A stretch of 64,000 nt of DNA, from the NCBI GenBank assembly GCA_963829525.1, contig CAWHIJ010000003.1, positions 128,001-192,000 on the forward strand. Reading direction: 5' to 3'. This document shows positions 32,085 to 41,125 of the stretch, piece after piece. Both the position numbers and the translations under genes were made by a program. The notes beneath the pieces were generated by a model. That model was not told the origin of the DNA. It saw only the letters and a list, made by a program, of their open reading frames with translations, and ran no database searches. Each line of letters opens with the position of its first letter. The first letter of the stretch is position 1. This DNA is from an uncultured Actinomycetota bacterium. Lineage in GTDB: Bacteria; Actinomycetota; Actinomycetes; JAHEKZ01.

Positions 32085-33323
32085 TCACTCGATGTCCCGT
32101 TCGGCGTCGTCGATCCTGGCATCTGTCAGCACGCGCATCACGCCCAGCGTGCTGAGTGAGATGAGGGCGGCGAGCGCGAAGGTCACTCTGATTCCCCACC
32201 AGTTCGCCACCACTCCACCGAACAGGGAGCCGAGCGGCATCGTCCCCCAGGCCAAAAGGCGGTAGGCGCTGTTCACCCGTCCGAGCAACCGATCGGGCGT
32301 CACCCGCTGGCGCAGCGACACCATGACCACGTTGCCCAACACCACCGTGATTCCGGACGCCGCCAGGACGCCACCGATCACCCAAGGGTTAGCGGTCAGT
32401 GCAGGTACGCCGATGGCCAACGAGGTCACGACGATCATCAGGACCAAGGTCCGGGAACGACCCAGCTTCGTCTCGACCCGCTCAGCGATGAACGTCCCGA
32501 GGAAGGCACCAACGGCGGTTGCCGTGAGCAGGACGCCGTACTGCGGCTCGGAGAGACCCATGGGCGAGTTGACCCCGACGGCGTAAAGCACGAACACGGC
32601 GAAAGCGGCGCTGAAGGCGAAGTTGCCGAGCCCGGTCAGCAACGCCATCGCGCGTAGCACGCGATGTCCCCGGAGGAAGCGCAACCCTTCGGCAACGTCG
32701 GCGCGAATCGTCGTCGATCCGTCGTGTCCGGTTCGGAAGGAGCCACGCAGGAGCAGCAAGATCCCCGCTGCCACGAACCACACCCCCGCAGATCCCGCCA
32801 TGACCAGAGCGGCCCCCAAGGTCACCAGAAAGCCGCCCAGCGGTGGGCCGACGAACTCGTTCGCTGTCAGCTCGGCTGCATAGAGGCGCCCGTTGGCTCG
32901 CGAGAGCAGCCGCCGGTCCACCACCTGCGGAAGAATCGACTGCGCCGAGGTGTCATAGAGGGTCTCGGCCATGCCGATGCTGAAGGCCACGACGTAAAGC
33001 ACCACGATGGTCGCGACATCCATCGTGATGGCGATGGCCAGGAGTGCAAGCAGTGTCGCTCGCACGGCGTTTGCCGACAACATCACAATGCGGCGGTCCT
33101 GACGGTCGGAGACGGCGCCGGCATAGAGCGAGAAGACGAGCCATGGCAACCCACCTGCCACAGCAAGTCCGGCGATCAATGTCGGGTCGCGGGTGTACTG
33201 GATCGCGATCAACGGCAGTGCGACCTTGAAGACTCCGTCGGCAAGGTTCGACAGACCCGCAGATGACCAGAGCCGCCAGTAGTTGCTGCCAAGGGACTCA
33301 GGCATCGGCTCGTCAGCAGTCAC
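32085..33323 (-). CDS. MFS transporter (H+ antiporter/efflux type)
   Basis: About 12 hydrophobic segments, AGAVSDRQDRR, LRQRVTPDRLLGRVNS. Confidence 0.88.
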   Translation of the reverse strand: MTADEPMPESLGSNYWRLWSSAGLSNLADGVFKVALPLIAIQYTRDPTLIAGLAVAGGLPWLVFSLYAGAVSDRQDRRIVMLSANAVRATLLALLAIAITMDVATIVVLYVVAFSIGMAETLYDTSAQSILPQVVDRRLLSRANGRLYAAELTANEFVGPPLGGFLVTLGAALVMAGSAGVWFVAAGILLLLRGSFRTGHDGSTTIRADVAEGLRFLRGHRVLRAMALLTGLGNFAFSAAFAVFVLYAVGVNSPMGLSEPQYGVLLTATAVGAFLGTFIAERVETKLGRSRTLVLMIVVTSLAIGVPALTANPWVIGGVLAASGITVVLGNVVMVSLRQRVTPDRLLGRVNSAYRLLAWGTMPLGSLFGGVVANWWGIRVTFALAALISLSTLGVMRVLTDARIDDAERDIE

Positions 33324-33373
33324 GCGTCAGGCGTCCACACGCTCGACGTCCAGAAGTGACGCCGGATTGGGGG

Positions 33374-34978
33374 TTAGAACCACTTGGCGTAAAGCAGTTC
33401 CTCTGGAGTGACCACGCGGCCTTCAGGCGGGATACCGTGGAACTGCTCACCGATCGCCTTGGCCCACTTCGACCCGCGCGCCAACAGCTCACGGCTGTCG
33501 GTCTGCATCCGATCGCGGGTGACGAGGATGCCGAGATCGGCGCCGGGATAGCGGTACTCCCCCTCGCCGTAGACCTGCATGTAGTAGGCCTCGGCATCGT
33601 CGCTGACGTTGTGCCAGTCGGTCTCCTCGTGCACATAGGCGATCTTGCCGTCGTCACCCATCCGCCACAGCCCGCTGCGCGGGGCAGCTGTGATGAGCTC
33701 CACGTCATCGGTCACCTGCTTGAGTACGAGCTGGGTCCATCGGTCGAAGTCGCGCCAACGCTGCTGCACCGCGTCGATGTCGATCTCCCAGTCGACATCG
33801 GAGAACTCGAGCATATGGAAGAGAAACAGCGGGATGCCGCCGTACCTTGACGTGATCAGGTTGGTGAGCGGAGACGCGCCGGAGATGCGTGGGTTGATCT
33901 CACCCAGGTAGACATTTCCGTCATCATCGTCGACGAGAAAGTCGAGACAGAAGACACCCTTGTAGCCGACCTCGTAGAGCCGTTCGCCAAGCTTGCGTGC
34001 CATTCGACCTATCTGCTTGCGGACGTCCTCGGTGAACACACCGGGGAAGACATCGTTGCCGCACCAGCCACCGCGGTAGGGCGTGAGCTCGGGGAAGCCG
34101 GTGATGTCGGTTTGGATCGGTCCCACCAGCGTCCCGTGCCGTGTCGCGCAGGCCTCTACCGTGCCGGGGAAGTGATTGATCCGCTTCATCACCTTGAGCT
34201 CAGTGTCGGTGAGCACATCTTCGTTCTCGAGAAAGTCATCCTCGTTGGAAATGAAGAACGTGGTGCGCCCGGAGTCTCCGTAAGGCGTCTGCACGACGAG
34301 GTCGTCTCCCAAGTCGGCACTCTTGGCAAGTTTGCGCAGTTTCTTGTAGGTATTGGCCTTACCCATGACGTTGGGGACGCTGGCCACCCCGGCCTCGTTT
34401 CCGAGCTGAGTGGTGACGATTTTGGAGTCAATCTGCTCGCGCAGCTCACGGGGAGGAAGTGCGATCTCCAACCCCAGTTGATGCGCAAAGCTCTCGGTTT
34501 CTTCATCGAACATGACAAACAGCGCTTTGCCCGGTCCGTTCTTCTTGATGAAGTCAATGACCTCCTTGTTTCCGAGCAGGTATGAGTTCACCGACTCAAA
34601 CGACTCGAAGTCACGTGGACCGGCGTGCGCCGGGGAGAAGGACCTCGAATGTGAGCCGTGGAAGCTGTCGAAGTAGGTGATGTACCGGAAGGATCCGATC
34701 CACTCATCGATCCCCAGCAGGTTGTAGGCAGTCGGTGAGATGAAGTAGACCGGCGACGTGTTCTCACGGAAGTACTGGTAGATGTCGGAGAGGCTGCGCA
34801 ACACGGGGCCCTCAGGTTTGCGACGCGCCCGCGTTGCCTTGGCCTTTTGTGTCTTGGTCGGCTTCTTGGCCGATCCGGTACCAACGTTGCTCATGGTCTT
34901 ATCCAGTCGCCGTGGAGGGCGGCCAGCGCGCTTGTGCTTCTTGCGCTTGCCCTTCTTTTCCTTCTTCTTCTTCGCCAT
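33374..34978 (-). CDS. ATP-grasp ligase (family often auto-labelled 'biotin carboxylase') with Lys/Arg-rich N-terminal extension
   Basis: IDSKIVTT, VVQTPYGDSGRTTFF, GWCGND, FCLDFL...YLGEINPRISG (ATP-grasp ExNPR). No biotin carrier or carboxyltransferase gene nearby. Confidence 0.75.
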   Translation of the reverse strand: MAKKKKEKKGKRKKHKRAGRPPRRLDKTMSNVGTGSAKKPTKTQKAKATRARRKPEGPVLRSLSDIYQYFRENTSPVYFISPTAYNLLGIDEWIGSFRYITYFDSFHGSHSRSFSPAHAGPRDFESFESVNSYLLGNKEVIDFIKKNGPGKALFVMFDEETESFAHQLGLEIALPPRELREQIDSKIVTTQLGNEAGVASVPNVMGKANTYKKLRKLAKSADLGDDLVVQTPYGDSGRTTFFISNEDDFLENEDVLTDTELKVMKRINHFPGTVEACATRHGTLVGPIQTDITGFPELTPYRGGWCGNDVFPGVFTEDVRKQIGRMARKLGERLYEVGYKGVFCLDFLVDDDDGNVYLGEINPRISGASPLTNLITSRYGGIPLFLFHMLEFSDVDWEIDIDAVQQRWRDFDRWTQLVLKQVTDDVELITAAPRSGLWRMGDDGKIAYVHEETDWHNVSDDAEAYYMQVYGEGEYRYPGADLGILVTRDRMQTDSRELLARGSKWAKAIGEQFHGIPPEGRVVTPEELLYAKWF

Positions 34979-35021
34979 CCTGCCGGGACCCTATCCCTGT
35001 TCTGAACCCCGTGACAGGAGT

Positions 35022-36101
35022 TCACGCGATCAATACTGGAGGGTGATCTGGGACGTGATCCCCCGCCGGTTCGTACACCGGCGGCGGAACAGCCACCAGC
35101 GACCGACGGTGGCGCGAATCCTCCTCGAAGTTCTGCAGTGACAGCGTCCATCGATCGTCCGGCCAGCTGAGCTCGAGCATCCTGTGGTCGACGTCGTAGG
35201 CGGCCGTATAGACCGTCCCCCATGTGCTGGTCGCCGTCGAGCGATGAATCGGGGCAGTCAGGAACTGGTTGACGAGGTCTGGCACTCCGAGCACGGGGTT
35301 GGCCACTGCCTCTGCCATCGCCTGTTCGCGAGGAACAGTCGCACAGAACTCGGCATGCTCTGGCCACATGGTCGGACCCTGGCGGTTGGCTGCCGTGATC
35401 ACCCCGCTGACGATCGGCTCGCGGTCGGGGGCGACGTAGACAATTGCGCCGCGACCTGACGCATCCACCAAGGCGATGTTGTACGTCAGCTGGATCGGGA
35501 TCCGGTGCAGCATCGCCACGGCCTCATCGACGTTGGTGGCGAACTCGAGTAGGTAGCGGACCACCAGTCCGATGCCGAAACCGTCGCCGACGACGGGCCG
35601 GCCGCCGAACGCGATCGCCACCGAGAGGCCGTGTGCGTTGACGCCGTCCAGCGCACCCCAAAGGCAGTCGGTCATGGCCATGACGGGGGTCCCATGCCAG
35701 GACGAGGCCAGCACCGTGTTGTCGCACAGCAAGGGCGGGTAGTCGTAGTTGCGCAGCAGCACGTTGCGCTCGCGGTTATAGGTCAGCAGCGAGCAAGCAG
35801 CGAAGAGGGGCGGCGGCCGCCAATGGCTCAAGAACCTGGCCTCCAGGTCGCCGCCGCCAACCGCCTCCACCAGCCGGTCGTAGGTAGGGGCGAGCTCGGG
35901 CATGTAGGTGCGCAGCATCTGGGCGCACTCGGCGTAGCGCGGACGCGCGGCCTCACCCTGGTTCAGGTACCACCGTCGGTAGGCCGGCCACGCGGCCGAG
36001 AAGAACTCGAGCAGCCGTCCGTCCAGGGCGTCCCCGGCGTCGATCGACCGGAAGGTCGTGTCGAGCTCGACGACCTCCGGCGAGACGTGCGGGTGATGCA
36101 T
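35022..36101 (-). CDS. C45-family autoproteolytic acyltransferase/hydrolase (Ntn), copy 1
   Basis: PPLFAA|CSLL candidate cleavage Cys, LLRNYDY, DCLWGALDGVN, GDGFGIGLVVRYLLE, WGTVYTA. Confidence 0.8.
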   Translation of the reverse strand: MHHPHVSPEVVELDTTFRSIDAGDALDGRLLEFFSAAWPAYRRWYLNQGEAARPRYAECAQMLRTYMPELAPTYDRLVEAVGGGDLEARFLSHWRPPPLFAACSLLTYNRERNVLLRNYDYPPLLCDNTVLASSWHGTPVMAMTDCLWGALDGVNAHGLSVAIAFGGRPVVGDGFGIGLVVRYLLEFATNVDEAVAMLHRIPIQLTYNIALVDASGRGAIVYVAPDREPIVSGVITAANRQGPTMWPEHAEFCATVPREQAMAEAVANPVLGVPDLVNQFLTAPIHRSTATSTWGTVYTAAYDVDHRMLELSWPDDRWTLSLQNFEEDSRHRRSLVAVPPPVYEPAGDHVPDHPPVLIA

Positions 36102-36309
36102 TCGAGCCCACCTAGAGACGGAGCAGCAGAACGTACGCCCGAGTATGAGTGATCCGGAGGGAAAATCGACAGCAAACGACACCAAATTGAGCCGAAGTCG
36201 CGACATTCCCGCAGGCAACCCCAGGATCAGCAAATGCCGCGAAACGCCCACGGGTGGCTGTGCGGGGCCACTCCGGGTCACTCGGACGCCCCCGACTAGC
36301 ATCCCCCGG

Positions 36310-37746
36310 GTGGAGTTGCATGAGTACGCCCAATACGACGCCCTGGGGTTGGCTGAACTCGTCGCCGACGGCCAGGTCAGCCCGCGTGAGCTCGCAGCCT
36401 GCGCCGTAGCCGCCGTCGAGCGGGTCGACGGCACCCTGGGGGCGGTGGTCGAGACATACGCTGACCGGGCCGAATCCATCGGCGACGAAATCCCCGCCGA
36501 GCCCTTCTTCGGTGTCCCCACCATGGTCAAGGACCTCTTCCACGGCGAGGCCGGCAAACACTGCGGCAATGGCAGCCGCCTCAGCGAGGACTGGGTGGTC
36601 TCTCTCGACACCGCCTTCTACGACCGGATCCGACGCAGCGGCCTGATCAACGTGGGACGCACCACAACGTCGGAGTTCGGGATCATGGGTACCACCGAGA
36701 CTCTCGCTGCTGGGCTGACCTGCACCCCGTGGAGCTCAAACCACTCAGCTGGCGGCTCCAGCGGCGGGGCGGCAGCCGTCGTCGGCGCTGGGATCGTGCC
36801 GGTGGCCTCAGCCAGCGACGGAGGCGGCTCCATCCGCATCCCCGCGGCCTCCTGCGGAGTCGTGGGGCTGAAGACCTCGCGCGGAAGAGTTACCTGGGGA
36901 CCGCAGATCGCCGAGGCGCTCGCCGGATGGGCGGTGCACTTCATGGTGAGCCGCTCGGTCCGCGACACCGCAGCGATGCTGGACGCCTTGGGTGGCCCCG
37001 CGTATGGCGACCCCTTCGTCATACCTGGTCCAACGCGCCCCTTCCTAGAAGAGGTGGGGAGCTCGGTCGAACCGCTGCGGATCGCCTACTGGAGCACGCC
37101 TTGGTCGGGGCAGGACCCCGACCCCGAAGTTGCTGCTGCCACCGAGTCGACGGCGCAGTTGCTTGAGTCGCTCGGGCACCACGTCGAGCTGGCCACACCC
37201 CAGTTCGACTGGGAACCGTTCCTGATCGCGATGACTGACGTTTGGGCGGCCGACAACGCGCACACCGTCGATGGGCTTGCCGCCTTCCTGGGAAAGACCG
37301 TCAACGCAGACACGCTCGAAGGTTCGACGCTCGCGGCAGTCGAGTACGGGCGCACCATTTCGGCCGGGCGCCTGCTCGATGCCATGGGCCAGGCGAACCA
37401 CCTCGCACGCATCATGGGCTGGTTCTTCGCGTCCTACGACGTCCTCCTGACCCCAACCCTCGGACGCCTACCTGCGCCGCTGAAGATGTACGACCCTTCC
37501 GAGCCCGTGGAGCTGCGGCGAATGTTCGAGACCTGGTCACCGTGGGAGTCGTTCCTACCGGTGTTCAACGCGACCGGCCAGCCGGCCATCAGCCTGCCGC
37601 TGCACATGAGCGACACCGGACTCCCGATCGGCATGCAGCTCGTCGGCGGATTCGGCCAGGAGTCGTTGCTGCTGCGTCTGTCGGCACAGCTGGAAGAGGC
37701 GCTGCCATGGGCCGGACGGATCCCACCGATCCACGTCAGCCGCTGA
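36310..37746 (+). CDS. Amidase (amidase-signature family)
   Basis: GVPTMVKDL, GGSSGG, ASDGGGSIRIPAASCGVVGLK, FNATGQPAISLP. Confidence 0.92.
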   Translation: MELHEYAQYDALGLAELVADGQVSPRELAACAVAAVERVDGTLGAVVETYADRAESIGDEIPAEPFFGVPTMVKDLFHGEAGKHCGNGSRLSEDWVVSLDTAFYDRIRRSGLINVGRTTTSEFGIMGTTETLAAGLTCTPWSSNHSAGGSSGGAAAVVGAGIVPVASASDGGGSIRIPAASCGVVGLKTSRGRVTWGPQIAEALAGWAVHFMVSRSVRDTAAMLDALGGPAYGDPFVIPGPTRPFLEEVGSSVEPLRIAYWSTPWSGQDPDPEVAAATESTAQLLESLGHHVELATPQFDWEPFLIAMTDVWAADNAHTVDGLAAFLGKTVNADTLEGSTLAAVEYGRTISAGRLLDAMGQANHLARIMGWFFASYDVLLTPTLGRLPAPLKMYDPSEPVELRRMFETWSPWESFLPVFNATGQPAISLPLHMSDTGLPIGMQLVGGFGQESLLLRLSAQLEEALPWAGRIPPIHVSR

Positions 37747-37761
37747 CCCCCACCTCATCGT

Positions 37762-38016
37762 TCAGCCCTGCCGCCACCTTGACCAGGCGGCCTGCTTGGT
37801 CGTCCCGGCCACGTCGGCCACCTGCGACCAAGACCCGCTCTCGGCGAGCGTGCGCGCCGAGAGTCCAAGGCACTGGCCGACCTCTTCGCTGACGCGGAGC
37901 AACTCCTCGAATGCCCTCCGGTCTGACCGCGTGGCCAGCTCTCGGAGTGCAGTCACAATGAGGTCACCGACCTCGTCGACCGTCTGGGTGCTGAAGTGCT
38001 CGCGACCGTGCATCAT
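37762..38016 (-). CDS. Small helix-turn-helix protein (84 aa), putative repressor
   Basis: C-terminal SWSQVADVAGTTKQAAWSRW HTH pattern. ATG at 38016. Confidence 0.75.
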   Translation of the reverse strand: MMHGREHFSTQTVDEVGDLIVTALRELATRSDRRAFEELLRVSEEVGQCLGLSARTLAESGSWSQVADVAGTTKQAAWSRWRQG

Positions 38017-38038
38017 GTGCCCACTGTCCACTGCGGCG

Positions 38039-38065
38039 TTGTCCTGGACAAGTTGTCCGGGACAA
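38039..38065. promoter_or_regulatory. Two tandem 13-bp palindromes, putative operator
   Basis: TTGTCC-T-GGACAA (38039-38051) and TTGTCC-G-GGACAA (38053-38065), just upstream of the HTH gene. Confidence 0.6.
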
Positions 38066-38086
38066 GTGGTGACTCGACAGCGTGGC

Positions 38087-39358
38087 CTATCGAAGCCGCA
38101 CCTGCACCTCGTCGTCCGACGAGTCGAAGGTGCGACGCCAGGTCCTACCAGGCCAGCGGTAGATGACCTCCCCGTCGTTCGGCCGGTAGTCCGCCGTGTA
38201 GAGCGTTCCAAAGCCTCCCTCGAAGTCGGTGCTCCGTAAGGCCGGGGACAGAAAGGTCGCCGCGGCCGTATCCGCGGCGCAACCATCGCGGTCAAGACCG
38301 CGCAGGACGTCTTGGCGCTCCACGCTCCGAAACCGTCGCGCCAGCTCGGGGCGGTCAGGAACCAAGCCTCGATGGTTCGTAGCCAATGGCATGTCGAAGT
38401 ACTCAGGGTCACGACCTGGCGCCACAAACACCGTGGCCGCCACGCCTGTGCGGTCGGTCATGGTGAGGTTGTAGCTGGCAGCCACAGGCACACGGCCAAT
38501 CACCTGACGCGCCTCTTCAACGGTGTCGCACATCTCCAGCAAGTAGCGCACCACAAGTGGGATGCCGAACCCGTCGCCGGTGCCGGGCAGCCCACCAAAC
38601 GTCAACGAGACAGCCAGCCCACTGTCGTTCATCCCGTCCAACAGACCCCACAGGCAGTCGCTGGTTCCGATCACGCGCCGATCACCCCATTGGCTCGACA
38701 GGCTCACCCCTTCGAACAGCATCGGGTCGTAGTCGTAGTTCCGCAGCAGGGCGCGCTCGCTGCCATTCACGACCAGTTGCGAGCACCCGGGCGCGAACGC
38801 CGGCGGGTTCCACAACGAGAGCATCCGGGCGACGTCACTGTCGTCGTCGGTCAACGTGACGAGGTGCTCCCATGTGGGCAACAGCTCCGGCATGTACCGC
38901 CTGATGGCATCCTGAGACTGCGACAACGAGGGACGCCGGTCCCAGCCCTCGGACGCGTACCACGACAGGTAGGACGCCCGCGTCGCCTCGAGCAGGGCAC
39001 TCCATGCCGGTCCAGGACGCTGTTCGTGGAGACCCAACATCGTGAGACTGACCGGGGCCGGCATCGAAACGGGCTCCACCATCGATGCGCGCCGCCAGTC
39101 GACCGCAGTCCCGCAGGTGGCCGAAGCCGGTGTTGCCCGAACCGGACGGGTGGCATAGGACGCGGACGACGAGGACCAGGTGGAGGCGCCCAGGCACCGG
39201 CCTAGATCACCCATCGACCGTCCGAGGTGCTCCAACGTCCGTGCCAGCTGAGCGCCGTCGTGGTCGGCACGTCGACCAAGTTCGTCGCAGGCCAGCGCGA
39301 GATGGTGTGAAAGCTCCGATGTCGTCAGGGATGCGAGTGAGCTATGCGTCATTGTCAT
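38087..39358 (-). CDS. C45-family autoproteolytic acyltransferase/hydrolase, copy 2, with N-terminal extra helical segment
   Basis: PAFAPG|CSQL, LLRNYDY, DCLWGLLDGMN, GDGFGIPLVVRYLLE, FGTLYTA. About 90 extra N-terminal residues if the ATG at 39358 is used. Confidence 0.78.
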   Translation of the reverse strand: MTMTHSSLASLTTSELSHHLALACDELGRRADHDGAQLARTLEHLGRSMGDLGRCLGASTWSSSSASYATRPVRATPASATCGTAVDWRRASMVEPVSMPAPVSLTMLGLHEQRPGPAWSALLEATRASYLSWYASEGWDRRPSLSQSQDAIRRYMPELLPTWEHLVTLTDDDSDVARMLSLWNPPAFAPGCSQLVVNGSERALLRNYDYDPMLFEGVSLSSQWGDRRVIGTSDCLWGLLDGMNDSGLAVSLTFGGLPGTGDGFGIPLVVRYLLEMCDTVEEARQVIGRVPVAASYNLTMTDRTGVAATVFVAPGRDPEYFDMPLATNHRGLVPDRPELARRFRSVERQDVLRGLDRDGCAADTAAATFLSPALRSTDFEGGFGTLYTADYRPNDGEVIYRWPGRTWRRTFDSSDDEVQVRLR

Positions 39359-39360
39359 GC

Positions 39361-39407
39361 CGTCAAGTAAACCTTGACGCCGCCCCTTCGTCAAGTTTAC
39401 CTTGACG
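39361..39407 (-). promoter_or_regulatory. Tandem palindromic operator overlapping a leaderless sigma70-type promoter
   Basis: CGTCAAG-TAAAC-CTTGACG (39361-39379) and CGTCAAG-TTTAC-CTTGACG (39389-39407). Minus strand reads TTGACG-N17-TTTACT-N7-ATG. Confidence 0.75.
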
Positions 39408-39437
39408 CCGCAATCCGCCGGCTCAGCACGAACGTAA

Positions 39438-39464
39438 GGTTTCGGGCGGTCCCAAGCCGGGTAC
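39438..39464 (+). promoter_or_regulatory. SigB/SigF-type promoter
   Basis: GGTTT-N16-GGGTAC upstream of the ORF at 39519. Confidence 0.7.
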
Positions 39465-39518
39465 TAGCCGGATGAAGGGACGAGAAGGGCGGCACCGGCA
39501 TGATCGCCGCAGTCGAGG

Positions 39519-39944
39519 ATGGAGACAATGACGCGCATGCAGGAGGAGCTGGACAATGCCCAAAGCCTGTCCGTTCCATGGCTGCTGCCGGAAGGCTCTG
39601 AAAGCGTGACCCTCGCGCGGCATGCTGCGCGTCGCCACCTCACCGCGCTCGGCGTCGCTCCAGAGATCATCGATACCGCCGAGCTGCTCGTAAGTGAACT
39701 CACCGCCAACGTGATCAAGCATGCTGGGGGTCGTCCCACCCTACGAGTGATGCGGCACGATGACGTGATCCGAATCGAAGTGGGCGACTCCCGACCAGAT
39801 CAGTTTCCGGTCGCACGCGACCTTGACACCGAGGCCCCATCCGGACGCGGGCTGCTTCTGGTCACGACTCTCGCCACGTCCTGGGGTTACGAACTCGATG
39901 GCGATGGGAAGTTCACGTGGGCCGAGCTCGAGATGCCTCAATAG
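39519..39944 (+). CDS. HATPase_c-like ATP-binding protein (RsbW/anti-sigma regulatory factor-like)
   Basis: AELLVSELTANVIKHA, RIEVGD, SGRGLLLV, GKFTWAEL. Confidence 0.85.
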   Translation: METMTRMQEELDNAQSLSVPWLLPEGSESVTLARHAARRHLTALGVAPEIIDTAELLVSELTANVIKHAGGRPTLRVMRHDDVIRIEVGDSRPDQFPVARDLDTEAPSGRGLLLVTTLATSWGYELDGDGKFTWAELEMPQ

Positions 39945-39972
39945 CGACGGCACTTGCTGCCTCCACGGCTGG

Positions 39973-40692
39973 TCAGCTCTCCAACGTCATCTGGTCACGA
40001 AGGTGCGCCAAGGTTCGCGTGAGCAGACGTGAGACGTGCATCTGCGAGATGCCGAGCTCGTCGGCGATCTCAGTCTGTGTCATGTTGCGGAAGAAGCGCA
40101 TCTCCAAGAGCCTGCTCTCCCTTTCTGGAAGCATGGCCATCAGCGGCCTAAGAGCGTGGCGGTCCTCTACCCGCTCGAACGACGGGTCGACACTCCCCAC
40201 AACGGCTGCGAGACTCAAGGCGTCTTCGTCAGGGTCGACCAGTGGGTCGATGCTCTGCGTGTTGTAGGCCCGGCCGACCTCCAACCCCTGGAGCACATCG
40301 TCCTCGCTGACCGACAGCCGCTCAGCCAGCTCGGACACCGTCGGTGAGCGGTGCAGCTCGTGGGTGAGGTCGTCTACCGCTTTCGTCAGCGCCATCCGAA
40401 GCTCTTGCAGTTGGCGCGGTACGCGCAGCGCCCAACCCTTGTCCCGGAAGTGTCGCTTGATTTCGCCCAGCACGGTTGGTGTCGCAAAGGTCGCGAACTC
40501 GATCTCACGTGACGCGTCGAACCGGTCTGCGGCCTTCACCAGCGCCAGATAGGCAACCTGCGTGAGGTCCTCCAGCGACTCGCCTCGGCCGATGAAGCGA
40601 CGAGCCAGGTGTTCTGCCAGGCCCATGTGCGACTGGACGAGCAGATCGCGGGCCTGCGTTCGGTCTGACATTGCCGTCATCTCCGTCGGCAC
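39973..40692 (-). CDS. sigF: SigB/SigF/SigG-family RNA polymerase sigma factor
   Basis: LEDLTQVA..LVKAADRFD, FATFATPTVLGEIKRHFRD..WALRVPR, MTQTEIADELGISQMHVSRLL. Confidence 0.9.
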   Translation of the reverse strand: MPTEMTAMSDRTQARDLLVQSHMGLAEHLARRFIGRGESLEDLTQVAYLALVKAADRFDASREIEFATFATPTVLGEIKRHFRDKGWALRVPRQLQELRMALTKAVDDLTHELHRSPTVSELAERLSVSEDDVLQGLEVGRAYNTQSIDPLVDPDEDALSLAAVVGSVDPSFERVEDRHALRPLMAMLPERESRLLEMRFFRNMTQTEIADELGISQMHVSRLLTRTLAHLRDQMTLES

Positions 40693-40702
40693 CTCAGCAC
40701 CT

Positions 40703-41125
40703 TCAGAGCGCGGCGTCGAGGACGGGGCCTCGACTGCGGGTCACAGAGATTACCTGTCCGCGCTCGTCGGTCTCGCTGGAGACCTCGTTGGCGAGGGCCC
40801 GCAGGATGCTCCACGCAAAACCCTCGTCGGGAGCCGTGGATGCCGTCGTGACGGCGGCGGTCAGCCGAAATCGAATCGTGTCGTCGGTCGCCTCGATCTC
40901 GCAGAGCAGTGTCCCCTCGGCGCCGGAAGTCAGAAGGACTGACGCCGCCTCGTCGATCAGGATACGGAGGTCGTCGATGTCGTCGAGCGAGAATTCCAGC
41001 CGGCTCGCGATCACGCCGGCGGCGGCCCGCAGCACGGCGAGATGGTCGGCCTGGGCCGGAACCTCGATCGTCACCATGCCCGGAGCGCCACCTCGCCCGA
41101 TGTCTCGCCCCTGGGTGTCACTCAT
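40703..41125 (-). CDS. Anti-sigma factor (RsbW/UsfX-like)
   Basis: VPAQADHLAVLR...FSLDDIDDLRILIDEA...FAWSILRAL, directly upstream of the sigma factor. Confidence 0.82.
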   Translation of the reverse strand: MSDTQGRDIGRGGAPGMVTIEVPAQADHLAVLRAAAGVIASRLEFSLDDIDDLRILIDEAASVLLTSGAEGTLLCEIEATDDTIRFRLTAAVTTASTAPDEGFAWSILRALANEVSSETDERGQVISVTRSRGPVLDAAL

